DNA of 64,000 nucleotides from Scyliorhinus canicula. Taxonomy: Eukaryota. The DNA lies in contig NW_024055733.1 in the NCBI RefSeq assembly GCF_902713615.1, positions 1,612,001-1,676,000 of the forward strand, written 5' to 3'. A program made the position numbers and the translations under genes. Shown here in pieces: positions 10,694 to 23,572 of the stretch; positions within the stretch are counted from its first letter, which is position 1, and each line of letters starts with the position of its first letter. Under the pieces are notes generated by a model, which was not told the DNA's origin, did not search any database, and was given only the letters and a program-made list of their open reading frames with translations.

Positions 10694-12100
10694 GTAAGTT
10701 ACTCTGATCAGAGAAGTTATTTAAACTTGTGATTGAAATTCTCTGGTTTTATACTGTTACTCATTAAATTTCCTCCTGTGCTGATTGTTACCGTGATGCA
10801 TGTACGTGATCATTGATCTGCGCTGTCTGCAATTGAATTGTCCGAATTATCTCTGTGGGATCATACGATTTCCTCAACTGAGCCACCCATGTTTATAACT
10901 TACAGCCCAACGGAAATGTCCAGTTATTGTGTTTCATTTCATATCTTGAAATTTTAACCCAGACTTAAATTGATACATCGTTTTTGACGGACGGTAGTAG
11001 CAGGAATACGGAACAGAATGAGGGTTGCTATTCAGAGAGGATGACCTGATTCAAGTGAAAATGTATTCCTCAGAGCAATTGTCGGTGCAGAATTATACTG
11101 ACTGTGATCACGAATCCGAGTCGAATACATAAGCATAGTAAATATCTGTTAGTGAGAGCATCTGTCAATTCTGGTTTTGTATTGTCCAGGAAGCTAGCTG
11201 GGGTTGGATACCTGACAGAACTGACTATTGATCCATTTAGATGTCTGTCAGTTTTCGAATTGCACCGAGTGTATGTTACGAAACAGAGTGGAATACGCGA
11301 TTTCCCCCTCCCGTGCCCAAGTATTACTGGGGTTACCTGTCAGTGCCGAATTGTGTGGAGTGTGCGTCGCAAATTGGTGTTAAATAATTTGATTCAATTT
11401 TCAGATCATTACTTGGGGTTTCAGTTATCACCCCATTCCAGGCAGCTGGCGCTCTTTTTTACCAATTTTTCGCACTGAAGAGTTGAATCTTTTCTGCAGT
11501 TGTTGACGGAACATTGTGATGGGTGCATACAGTACAATGTGCAAATATCTGTGTGTTTCGTAATCATCTGCTCAAACAGAAACTGTTGTTTCTGAAATAT
11601 GAACAACCCGACAAGTCTCTTACTGTTTACCAATCCACTTCCTGCTTTGGTTTACTTCAAACCTTCCAGAAATTTATTCGAATATCTGTTGTATTGTGTC
11701 GGTAGTTGAACCTAGGGCACTGTATTAATTGATTCATGAATCTATTAATCAGAACCGCTAACAGCCCCAATTCCGTTCCCGCACTGTGATTGTCCAAAGA
11801 ATATTTGGAAACACATTTTTCCAATTCATATGAAACACCTGACGGCTAACTTTATTGGACTTAATTTCCAGCGACAACGTCAATTAACGACTTGTTATTC
11901 ATGTGTTGACACATTTTTTGAATTCTTCCTCTCAATTAAATCTTGTCTTTTGTTTCGGAAATAACCTCGTTGTCTCCCGACTGCATCTCAGCTCTGTAAG
12001 TGCAGAACAATATTCATCCGAAATCCTTCCCACATTGTACATAACTTCCTAACATCTGCTGCTTGGGCACTTGATTCCAATAGTTCTGCCATTCGTCGGT

Positions 12101-12415
12101 ATAGAACATAGAACAGTACAGCACAGAACAGGCCCTTCGGCCCTCGATGTTGTGCCGAGCAATGATCACCCTACTTAAACCCACGTAACCCAACAATCCC
12201 CCTATTAACCTTACACTACGGGCAATTTAGCATGGCCAATCCACCTAACCCGCACATCTTTGGACTGTGGTAGGAAACCGGAGCACCCGGAGGAAACCCA
12301 CGCACACACGGGGAGGACGTGCAGACTCCACACAGACAGTGACCCAGCCGGGAATCGAACCTGGGACCCTGGAGCTGTGAAGCATTGATGCTAACCACCA
12401 TGCTACCGTGAGGCC
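12101..12415 (-). mobile_element. HE1 SINE
   Basis: Full-length, near-consensus copy. Confidence 0.92.
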
Positions 12416-12765
12416 CTTTGTACTGTTGCAACTTTGCATTTTAATTCGAAAATCAGAGAGCTTGGCAATATCTTATTAATTAAATCCATAATGAAGATGG
12501 TTATCCAAATACTTTCACATGGTGTTACCTTTTTGGAATGTATGTTGAAGACTGTTGATTATATTCTGTATGTCTGGGCTTTCCGTTTTTTTTTAAAAAT
12601 TACCGTTCGCTTAATTTCTTTCCGAAGACATTAGTTAGCCACATTGCAATTTTTTGAACTTGTGCTAGCTGCTTCAAAAAATCTGCCTTTAAATCCTTTG
12701 GCAATGAGCTCACGATTGTTAATGAATAGGAAAAAAGAATCTGCTGTCTTGCCCCATCACATTTT

Positions 12766-13096
12766 CATAGAATATACAATGCAGAAGGAGGCCATTCGAC
12801 CCATCGTGTCTGCACCGGTTCCTGGAAAGAACACCCTGCACTAACACCTCCACCCTAGCCCCATAACCCAGTAACCCCACCCAACACTAAGCAATTATGG
12901 ACACTAAGGGCAATTTATCATGGCCAGTCCACCTGCACATTTTTGCACTGTGGGAGGAAACCGGAGCACCCGGAGGAAACCCACGTACACACGAGGAAGA
13001 TGTGCAGACTCCGCACAGACAGTGACCCAAGCCGGAATTGAACCTGGGACCCTGGAGCTGTGAAGCGATTGTGCTATCAACAATGCTACCATGCTG
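12766..13096 (-). mobile_element. HE1 SINE
   Basis: Full-length copy. Confidence 0.9.
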
Positions 13097-15689
13097 AATC
13101 CATCGAAACCAGATATTTAGCTATTATTTGATTACTTTGGCAAATATTTGCTTTAGCTTAATCAAATATATTGTTTGGATTTTAATCGCTAACATCTCAG
13201 AGATTAATTGTTGCCGCCATGATGCATTTCCCTTCCGCAGGCACAGGGTCCGAATGCACATCAATCGGTTCATCCCGCGTCCAACGACTCACATCAATAG
13301 TGAACACATTCCTTCGAAGCGCAGATAATTACTTTTCTATTTTAAAATTGTTAGTGTGGTCGTCCCTGCTGCAAACGCCAATAAAACTCGTGAGCCTTCA
13401 ATATTGTAGATGGCATCACATTATTCCAGACTCATATTGCGGCGTCATTGCAGTTAATATGATCGTCAGGTATAGGAGCAAAATTTGGCCATTCTGCCCA
13501 TCGAGTCTGTTCCGCCATTTGATCAAGGCTAATATGTTCTTCATCTGTTATCTATAATGTAACAGACCACGAACTGCATGGCGACATCAGCCAGAATATC
13601 TCCTCCTAGAAAACTAAACTAGGAGCGGGAGTCGGCAATTTAGCCTCCCAAGCCTGACACCCTGAATGTTATCATGGCTGATCCCATTATGGCCAAAACG
13701 CCACTGTCCGGGACGTTCATTATTACTATTTACAGATTAACAATTAAAAATCTGTTTAACTCCTCCTTAAATTTATAAACTAGTTTATATGTGTTCAAGC
13801 TATGTAAGATATTTACGGGTAATGTATATTTACGGGTAATGTCTTGACTCTGTTCGTGAAATCATCATTTCGTTTGACTTGGGAAATGTCATCATAATTG
13901 TTCAATTTAACCGCCGTTCTCACCACAAGCTCCCTCTCTGACAGAAAATACCCTTACCACATTTCTTATTACTTTCTGCTATCATATCCCCGACTTAGTC
14001 ACCTGCCTTGAATTTACTATTAGCGTCCAGTACTTGCTCAAAGGACTCATTCCCAATATGTACGACTTGCTCCACATCTTACCAAACGATTGAGATGAGG
14101 CCTCCCTGCAACGTGCTCCTGAAATTTATTCATTATCCAGTAACCCACGTTCCCCTCCAAAGTGTTTGTCAGGTTCAGTCAAGTGGCCGTGTTCATGTTT
14201 CCGTTCCTTCCCTTCGTGGCTGAAACGATGCGAAATCCACCGTGACGCAGGAAAGTTGCAAATACGAAGCATAATTTTCTTTCATTTCAAACTGAACCAC
14301 TTCAGTACCTCCATTACAATTCTGTGGATGATCCCTCTGGGACAGCCTGAAGCTTTAAAGTGAGATTGAATTATAGTATGGATTCCATTTATTGAGATGT
14401 CAATTTATTCAAATATGTCATTCTGCCCTTATTTCTTCGAACTCCATAATTCGAACAAGATCTTCAGCCCTTTTAAACACTGAAGTAATCCTGCATTATT
14501 TTACGACTCCATATTTGAGTTGGAAATTTTAAAAAATCTTGTCCCACCGTGTGTTTACTCATTTACTAATGACAACGACTTTCATCCTTAATTACATGTT
14601 GTATTGGCCAACTGTCCCAAATCGGTTTTCTTTTGGCCAGTGTCAGATTTAATGTCGTTAAATACTTTCTCAGTTAACGATAGAGAATACAATGCAAAAC
14701 GTGATGAATGTAGGAAATGTGTATATATAGTGTATTATGCGTTTGTGTATTTTGCAGCAATGCTATTTTAAAAATTAGGTCAATCTATTTCGATGATAAG
14801 TCTTCTTAATCTGTGACAAAGGAGTTAACAGCTCGGCAGACTGTGATGTCAACAATGGGAGCCCTGGGCCTGCTTTTTCAGTTCAGTTGTCAGCCCTGCC
14901 CCGTGCCTGTTGTCTTTAATTTCACGTCAGAATTCTGCTCTGGGTTCAGAAGAAAGTAGCTGCGTTTCGCAGACAGACTTCTAATACCGTCTCTCCCAAG
15001 GACTTGTGAACAAACCACGAAGCGGCTGATTGTTAGCTTGAACAGTAAGTGATATTTGAAACGTTTGTGGATTTTGGTTCACTCAAATTTTAGAGGTAGA
15101 CGGGGAATTATTGTAAGAACTGCTTAACGGATCATCAAAAGTGATTTTTAAAAATTTTGCTTGAATGTTAACAGGATTATTAGTGTGTTCAAAATAAAGA
15201 ATATTTAAGTTACCATAAATCCCTTCTTCTCAGGAGAGTCACATTTGGGGGTGAAGCATCATTTCCTCACAGTTTATAAACTGAAAAGATTGTTGGGTTT
15301 TCACACCCGATTTCCTAATATAAACTGGGGGCCTGGTCTGCTCTGGTGCTGTAACAACCAAGTGGCGAAAATGTGCAACGTTCAGCTCCACTACATATAT
15401 TACATGCTACTAAATGAAACAAACATTTTACCTTGTATTGTTAACACTCCTCAGTCATACTCAACATCCGCTTCTCTTTACGTTACCGTGCAATAAATGC
15501 AACACCTGTCCCTGCACCTAACCACACTACATTTTCCTCCCACTTTCCACCATCTATATTGTTGCTGATTCTTAAACAGACTCAATCTCACCCATGCATT
15601 CCATCGCTCACAGGCTTACAGACTCACACCATCACACTGTCATCCAAACTAGTTCACTCAAACTCACACCGGTGCTCATTTGAATTTAG

Positions 15690-16085
15690 AATAATCAGCG
15701 GCGTCCTTATTGAGACATCTGGGATGGGCGAGAGGCTGGACATGGTAGATGCTGAGAGTCTGTTTACAATTGTGCGGGATTTTAGGTCCGAGGGTCATCT
15801 TCTGAGTATAAGTGATCACCCATTTCCGGCAGAGATGAGGAGGTATTTCTTCTCTCAAAAGGTTAGTAAACCTGTCGAATTAATTACTGGAAATAATTGT
15901 ATGGGTATGTCGCGAAGTATGTTCACCGTTCACATATACATTGTCTTACTCAGTAACGAATCAAGGGCTTTGGTGAAAAGATGGGAGAGTAAAGTTGTGG
16001 ATGATCAGAGATGCTGCGATCTCAGTTGATGGCGGAGCAGTATCGGTAGGCCGAATGACTGACTTCTGCGCCTGTGGCGTTTATC
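15690..16085 (+). mobile_element. Decayed CR1 LINE 3' fragment
   Basis: GVLIETSGMGERLDMVDAESLF...EMRRYFFSQKV, followed by a CR1-type 3' UTR. Confidence 0.75.
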
Positions 16086-16789
16086 TTAATGCCTCCCAAG
16101 GCTGAAGTAGTAACAAAGGTTCACAGCCCCAGCATCTCAGATGATAAATGTAGGACGTTGTTACATCTTAAATGTAATATGTGTTGCATAATGGAATCAA
16201 CACCCCTGGTTTAACACAGGCATAACCTCTGCTAAAGCAATGATTAACGGCTGGTAAACGCGTGTCATTATTGCTTTCAATCATTTATTTGTTTGCTGAT
16301 GTCGTCAATGAAACATGGATTTTATTTTGAATAATCCCTGCTGTGTAGATAATGTTGTCCTTCATCCTGAATACTCAAGGCATGGGACGTGTAAGAGGGA
16401 AGAGACAGAATAATGCTTTCTGACGCAATTACGTGCTGGAGCCAGTTCTGTCTGTAGTTTTGCAGCTTTCAATTGGTCCCACTCTGACAATACGGGCCTT
16501 GAGCAGAATGCTGGACGATTGTCTGCAAGGTTTCTGTATACGTTCCGTGGATCTGAGTAATTGCCTTGCATAACAACTTAATTTGTCCTTTTTTCTTTTC
16601 TGATACTTGAAGTGCTGAAATTAGCCATGGATGTCTTTTATTCTGAAATACCGAAGGTTTTCTTTTAAATTAAAGTACTGTGCTCTATCTTACAAATCTA
16701 ATAAATAATTCCTCGTAGATATTCGAAGATTTTAGTTACTTATGGTTGTTGTTTGACATTGCACTGACTACTGTTAATAATCAGCGGAA

Positions 16790-17136
16790 GATTTTGACAC
16801 AGTATTGTCACTGGACCAGTAAAGCAGATCCCTAGAAAAATGCCCTTTTAACCAGGATGAAATCCCACACTGCAGATGAAATTTGAATTCATAACAAATC
16901 TAGAATTAAAAGTCTAACGATGACCATAAAACCATTGTCAATTGTCGGAAAGAGCCATGTGTTTTCCCTGTAGGGAAGGAAATCTGCCGTCCTTACCTGG
17001 TCTCCCAAAATGTGCCTCCACACCCACAGCGATGTGGTTGACTCTTCACTGCTCCCTCACGGGCAATTAGGGATGGCCAATAAATGCCGGCACAGCCTCC
17101 GATGCTCCACAGCCCATGAATGAAGGAAAAAAAATA
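16790..17136 (+). mobile_element. Second shark SINE family (LINE-derived tail, A-tailed)
   Basis: agggaaggaaatctgccgtccttacctggtc...gggcaattagggatggccaataaatgccggc...atgaatgaaggaaaaaaaa; tail resembles the LINE end at ~43310-43395. Confidence 0.65.
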
Positions 17137-17354
17137 AAATGCTGCATTTCGAATTGATTTATTCGAAAACTATGTTTTTCTTCCATTTTTTCTAAAAGTT
17201 ACATTGCTGAAAGTGGTCCATGATTTGTGTTCGACATTTTGTTTGAAGTAAATGTATCAGATAAGCATCCGATTGGGATGAATGCTACCATTCCTTGTTG
17301 GATTCTGTAATATATCGCCGGTAGGCAGTGGAAGGCAGACATGTAAGCATTGTT

Positions 17355-18060
17355 TTTGATTTGATTTGCGTTTGATTTGATTTATTATCATCACATTTAT
17401 TAGTATACAATTGAAAGTATTGTTTCCTGCATGCTATGCAGAAAACGCGTACCGTCCGTAGGGAAGGAAACGAAGACTACAGAATGTAATGTAACAGTCA
17501 TAGCTAGGGTGTAGAGAAAAGATCAATTTATTATGAGGCAGGTCCAGTCAAACGTTTGATAGCAGCAGGGAAGAAACTATTCTTGAGTCGGTTGATAGGT
17601 GACCTCAAACTTCTGTATTCTTCTTCTGAAGGAAGAATGTGGAAGATAGTACGCCCGGTGTGAGTTGGGACCTCAATTATGCTGGTTGTCTTTCCGAGGC
17701 AGCGGGAATTGTAGACAGAGTGAATGGATGGGTAGATGGTTTGCGTGATGGTCTGGGCTACATGTTGTTTCCTGCGATTTGAGCAGACCAGGATCCATAC
17801 CAAGCTGTGATAGAACCAGAAATAATGATTTTAATGGTGCATCTGTAAAAGATGGTGAGAGTCGCACGTGAAATGCCAAATTTCCTTAGTCTTGTGAGAA
17901 AAAGAGTCGTTGGTGGGATCTTAACGATAATGTCCGATTGGAGGGACCGGGACATGTCCTTGGTAATCTGGACACCTAAAAACTTGAAGCTCTCGACCCT
18001 TTCAACTTGGTTACCATTGGTGTATTGGGGCAGTAGCATGTTCTCCTCCAGGGTTCCTGA
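17355..18060 (-). mobile_element. Rex1/Babar-type LINE 3' fragment
   Basis: VERVESFKFLGVQIT...LRKFGISRATLTIFYRCTI...SITAWYG; RLKNSFFPAAI; (TCAAA)n-like tail. Confidence 0.85.
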
Positions 18061-19110
18061 AGTCGATGGAAATGTTTATACCTCTCCTATGTACCATCGT
18101 CCCGTAATAGGTTTACTGGGCTACACGGTTGCCTGGGTCTGCACTGCAGATCATGCCCCACATGACCTTCTCACAACTCGCCCTTCTCGCAACACTCCCA
18201 AGCAGCCATCCGCCCAGGCACGCTTCCCTCCGCAATACAACATTTTCCCCATCGGTGCACGGCACTGCCCCTTTGAACACCCCCCCCCCCACCCTCGTTA
18301 CTGCCGCCAAGGGCTGTTGATGGTCCAATCCATGCCGGCGAGAGCACTGTGACCCCTTCCGGCGCCCTACTGTAGGAGATTGTGTGGATGGCTTTAGCTT
18401 TCCGGTCTTTGTCACTCTATGGAAGCACAGGCCCTGATGAACGGTAGTGAGGTACGCAGCACGAGGACTGCCGTGCATACTGCGGCAGGGGCGGTTCGTG
18501 GCAGGATACTGTGGGCCCGGAGGTACCAGGCCGACCTGGGGGCCAATGCGCTGATCACCAGCCGTCAATACCCTCTAAATCCGCGCTTCACTGAGCTCCC
18601 CCAACATCCTCTCCCCCCCCCCCCTCCCAAGCTTCAGCCCCAGCTCGGCCAGCCAGCCACAGGACTAGCTGCACGCATTGGCTCCTCTGGGAACATGTCC
18701 TTCCTCCTCGCCCTCTCAGCACCATGGTTCATTTTTCACGAGTTTGAAAAGAATAGGAGAAACTCGACGCTGGTAATTTCTCCTGGCAGCAGCTGAACAT
18801 CGCGGAGGCAGCGGGATTCGCGGGTGAGGGCGTTAATCATATGCCAGCGGTCTTTACCGTCCGGGAGGGGATGTTCTATTGTCGCCGGCATTGACGCCGA
18901 CCAGGCACTGGACCCTGGCTTCTGTCGGGCGCCTGGCGCAACCTACGATTGTTGGCTCACATGGGAATCTACGACGAATCGAGTTTCACGATTGTGGTGT
19001 CGCTGGACAAAGAACCCCTGCCACGTGGGGTGACCTGTTTACATGTTTGCTGATAATGTGCCGGAGATCCCGCTAATTGATGGGCAGGTTAATCTGACAG
19101 AATCCCAGTG
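18060..19110. mobile_element. GC-rich non-autonomous DNA-transposon-like relic (possibly PIF/Harbinger MITE family)
   Basis: GC/CpG-rich block with C-runs and gcgggattc motifs like the MITE at 58369; no ORF; family not resolved. Confidence 0.35.
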
Positions 19111-20020
19111 AACTGATCCGTGACTGGCTAAGATGTGTTGTACGATATTGAGGTCCATTGTGTGAGCGCTAATCCTGAGTTGCTGCCGAATCGGTGAACA
19201 GTGTGTCGTGTTTTCGAATCTGGGGATCGTCGCTCAGCGTGAATGATGATGAATAAAGAGGATGATCAGGAGGAAAGTAACTGGGCTCTTCTTCTGTCAG
19301 TGCTACTACCCCAATAATGGTAGTATTTGAGGCGAAGGAAGGCAGATTATCAATCACATGGCTGTTGCTGAATGTCTTAAATATTCTGCTGAAAGTTCTT
19401 ATCGGGCAGTGCGCTCTTGTTCCAGAGAGTGATGTCTAAACCTGGTGGTCGCTGATCGCTGGGAGTTTGTTTCATTCCTGGAAGGGAGAGTAATTCTGTG
19501 GCGGGTCTCATTCTGAAGAGAGCTGCAATTGCATTTTGCTGGGGCAGATGATCGTAAACCAAGAGTGCTTATTCCTGAGACTCTGCGGGGTTCTGAATCA
19601 GGTTTGAGAACTGATCCTGGGAGAAAGGCGATGCGTGGGGATGTACATTTCCGAAAGCTGGATCTGAACACGATAGGTGAGCTTTCCTTGTGATTGTACG
19701 TCTGACACATGGTCTGGATGGTTGTAAAATGGTGGGAAAATTCCATACCTGGTAGGTCTCAAAACTTGGAAAGTCCCTATTTCTGGGGTTGCATGCTATG
19801 AGCATGGGGGGGAAAGCTGGAGATAGCCTATTTCTGAGTATTGTTTGTTTGGACAATGTCTCCCGCGACGTTATTGTTGTTTTTCCTATCGTGGTAGACG
19901 ATGTGGCCACGAGACATTGGTGGTAATCCTTTGGAAATGTAGTAATCCTACTGGCTGTTGCATCCACAAAGGAGTCCAGTTCCACCATGTGCAAATCTGA
20001 TTCAGGATCCGATCATTTAT

Positions 20021-20373
20021 GGGCCTCACGGTAGCATGGTGGTTAGCATCAATGCTTCACAGCTCCAGGGTCCCAGGTTCGATTCCCGGCTGGATCACTG
20101 TCTGTGTGGAGTCTGCACGTCCTCCCTGTGTGTGCGTGGGTTTCCTCCGGGTGCTCCGGTTTCCTCCCACAGTCCAAAGATGTGCGGGTTAGGTGGATTG
20201 GCCATGCTAAATTGCCCGTAGTGTAAGGTTAATGGGGGGGGGGGGGGTTGTTGGGTTATGGGTATACTGGTTATGTGGGTTTAAGTATGTTCTAAGTAGG
20301 TTGATCATTGCTCGGCACAACATTGAGGGCTGAAGGGCCTGTTCTGTGCTGTGCTGTACTGTTCTATGTTCTA
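20021..20373 (+). mobile_element. HE1 SINE
   Basis: Full-length; atttat on both flanks (TSD). Confidence 0.92.
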
Positions 20374-20684
20374 TTTATTGATGGATCGATGGCGCATCCA
20401 ATGTCAAATGTTGCCGCCTTCGTATACATTTTGCTTTCCTTTGTCTAAAAGGGACCTGTCACCGTGAAAACTGTCAAACAGATGAAATCAGATCGCCAAT
20501 CTCATAAATCATTTGGATGATTGAACGGGCGTTCAGCTGTAACGACAGGGCTGCGGTTGGAATATTTACATTATGAAGTCAGGCCAAGGCTTTTTGTGAA
20601 GCTAAGACTCTGCGGTGCCTTATTCCGAAAATTACAATGTGTTTTAAGTAACTAGACATTTTTTCTCTCGTCTCTGTCTTACAG

Positions 20685-21598
20685 TTAATTTAATGGCAAT
20701 TATGATCCTGTCAAGGAGAAACTGTGGCCTTACCGTCTGCGTCACACGGTATCTCATCGCCATGGCAACTGCGGATCTACTGGTCATTATCATCGTGGTC
20801 ATATTGACCAGTATCAATGATTATTATTTCCCAGTGAGTTTCCTATACATCACCCCTGTGTGCAGTGGCAAAGTTGTCCTTATTGGTGCATCCACAGATT
20901 CTTCCGTTTGGTTCACCATAGCGTTTTCCTTTGATCGATTTGTGGCCATTTGTTGTCAGAAGCTGAAAACAAAATACTGCACCGGAAAAACAGCGACTGT
21001 GGTTCTCACAACAACTGGAATATTGGTATTTTTAAAAAACATTCCCTTCTACTTCACATATAAACCTATATTCATATTCCACAATGTACCGTGGGGCTGT
21101 CAAACAAAGGCCAGAACGTTTATTGATCCCAGATGGGTTGGATTTCAGTGGTTTGATAAGGTCACAACTCCATTGCTCCCATTCGGTTTAATTTTGTTGG
21201 TAAACGCTCTGACAGTCAGACACACTGTTATGACAAGTCGTGTCCGTCAGGGACTGGTGACGCAGAGTAAGGGAAAAAATTACAGTGATCCAGAGATGGA
21301 AAGCAGAAGGAAATCTATGATTTTACTCTTCAGCATATCTGGAACCTTCATTCTTTTGTGGTCGGTCAATGTTATAAAATTCGTGTATGTTAAAGTGATC
21401 GGATTATTTAATATCGGTGAATCTGCATATACATTAGAATATGCTGCAGCTATGCTGCTCAATTTAAATTGTTGCACAAACACATTTATTTATGTGGTAA
21501 CTCAGGCCAAGTTCAGAGAACAAATCAAGTTAACGCTGAATTATCCGTTCAGAGCCATTGCACAGAGACTGAAACAATCCAGCAGCTCCGCCTGGTGA
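20685..21598 (+). CDS. Exon 2 of the GPR139/GPR142-like GPCR (spliced product 326 aa, intact)
   Basis: Acceptor ttttctctcgtctctgtcttacag|; RYLIAMATADLLV (TM2), SVWFTIAFSFDRFVAICC (TM3), LLPFGLILLVN (TM5), DPEMESRRKSM, LNCCTNTFIY (TM7). Confidence 0.9.
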
Positions 21599-22375
21599 CA
21601 GACAGCCGGATCAGGGAATCGGGCGCAACCCAGTATCACTACGAACTGCTTCAGCTGAGCAGAAATCCTGTTCCTATCACTCCGATAACCTTTCAAACAG
21701 ATATAATCATCCAGTCAGTGAAGTTCATTTCAGCAAACCGTTGAATATGAACTGGTGATGTAAGGACTCATCAGTCAATAAGGTAACCTGAGGGAAACCC
21801 GCAGAATCACTGAGGAACTGAATAGAGAGAGAAGGTTCCATGTCATTGATCGGCAATTCTGAACCACGTCACCTCCATTCAGAACACTGGCGGTTTAATG
21901 GTGACGGGGAGCCGGGCGTGGCGGCAGGAAATGTGGCCATTTAGTGGTGAAGGAGAATCGCTTCCTGGTTTGACGGCGTCGTTGAATTTGACTGCAGAGC
22001 CCCAGCAACATTTTGTGATATCGGACAAACATTCGTTTCCCCAATGTCAATCGAGATATTCGCAACTTGAAATGCACGGGATAGTGGTGGGAAATCCAGG
22101 AAAGTCAAAACTTTAACAAATGTTTTTGCCCAGAGTAATGTCCAGTCACACATTTCAACATACCGTCTTCTCTCTATACTTCGCGAGCGAATTAACTTGA
22201 ATTAAATCTGGAATATCTCACAAGAAACTGCATCGAGTTTCAAAAAGGAAAGCAAGACAAGAAGAATAAGAACACTTTGAGAAAGTCAGTGCGTCGTACC
22301 TCATTTATCAGTCAGAATTTTAGTTTGATTGGATATTTTGTCAATATAGTTCACATTGCAAAATGCCCCGGTCGA

Positions 22376-22694
22376 CAACATAGAACAGTACAGAACAGGC
22401 CCTTCGGCCCTCGATGTTGTGCCGAACAATGATCACCCTACTTAAACCCACGTAACCCGTATACCCGTAACCCAACAATCCCCCCATTAACCTTACACTA
22501 TGGGCAATTTAGCATGGCCAATCCACCTAACCCGCACATCTTTGGACTGTGGGAGGAAACCGGAGCACCCGGAGGAAACTCACGCACACACGGGGAGGAC
22601 GTGCAGACTCCACACAGACAGTGACCCAGCCGGGAATCGAACCTGGGACCCTGGAGCTGTGAAGCATTGATGCTAACCACCATGCTACCGTGAG
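22376..22694 (-). mobile_element. HE1 SINE
   Basis: Full-length, near-consensus copy. Confidence 0.92.
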
Positions 22695-23116
22695 GATCTG
22701 AGAATGGTCAGTAAATCTGTATTGAATGAAGGTTCAGGAATAAATGTCATTCAGGCAATTCCCACCCGTAAATATAGCCTCATATGATATCATAAATGGA
22801 CAAATAGAACATAGGAGCAGCAGAATGCCATTCAGCCACTCGAGACTCTTCCGCCGCTTAATAAGATCATGACCTGCAATAATTCGGCACACCATGCTTA
22901 CCACGAATCAGTACAATTTTGTGTATAATTGTTGAATGACTCCGCGTCCACCAGTTTTACAGGAAGTGTGTTCTTCAGATGCACGAGCCTCTAAGTGTAA
23001 AATAAATAAACGACTCATCTCAGTTGGAAAGGGGAAAGCAGTTAATTTTAAACAGTGACAGCTAGTTCCTCATTGCCATGATATTTATACAGATTGTAAA
23101 TAATTGACGTTCCTTG

Positions 23117-23572
23117 GCACGGTGGCACAGTGGTTAGCACTGCTGCCTCACAGACCGAGGTCCCGGATACAATTCGGGAGGTTGCACATTCTCCCCGTGT
23201 TTTTCCTTCCAAGTCGAAGATGTACAGGTTAAATGAATTGGCCAGATGGAGTTGCCCCTTAGTATCCAAAAAACGTTAGTTGTGATTACTGGGTAATGGG
23301 GATATGGTGGAAGTGTGGGCTGGGGTAGGGTGTTGCTCTCAAGGGCCGGTGAAGAATCGATGTACCAGAAGGTTTTCTTCTGCACTGCATGGATGGGCAG
23401 CACGGTAGCATTGTGGATAGCACACTCGATTCACAGCTCCAGGGTCCCATGTTCGATTCCGGCATGGGTCACTGTCTGTGCGGAGTCTGCATATCCTCCC
23501 CGTGTGTGCGTGGGTTTCCTCCGGGTGCTCCGGTTTCCTCCCACAGTCCAAATATGTGCAAGTTAGGTGGAT
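23117..23572 (+). mobile_element. Two tandem HE1 SINEs (first internally deleted, second cut off by the CR1 tail)
   Basis: Heads at ~23117 and ~23396; the second stops at ggtggatt|agaacatagaa. Confidence 0.85.

Noticed and set aside
11955-12000. MQSGDNEVI resembling the Mononegavirales L motif C (QGDNQ)
   Set aside because: No motif A or B at appropriate spacing; likely chance
14930-15050. Possible extra exon ending at aca|gtaagt
   Set aside because: Only a donor-like hexamer; no ORF or supporting acceptor
20021-20100. tRNA genes at SINE heads
   Set aside because: A/B boxes belong to tRNA-derived SINEs; no complete cloverleaf
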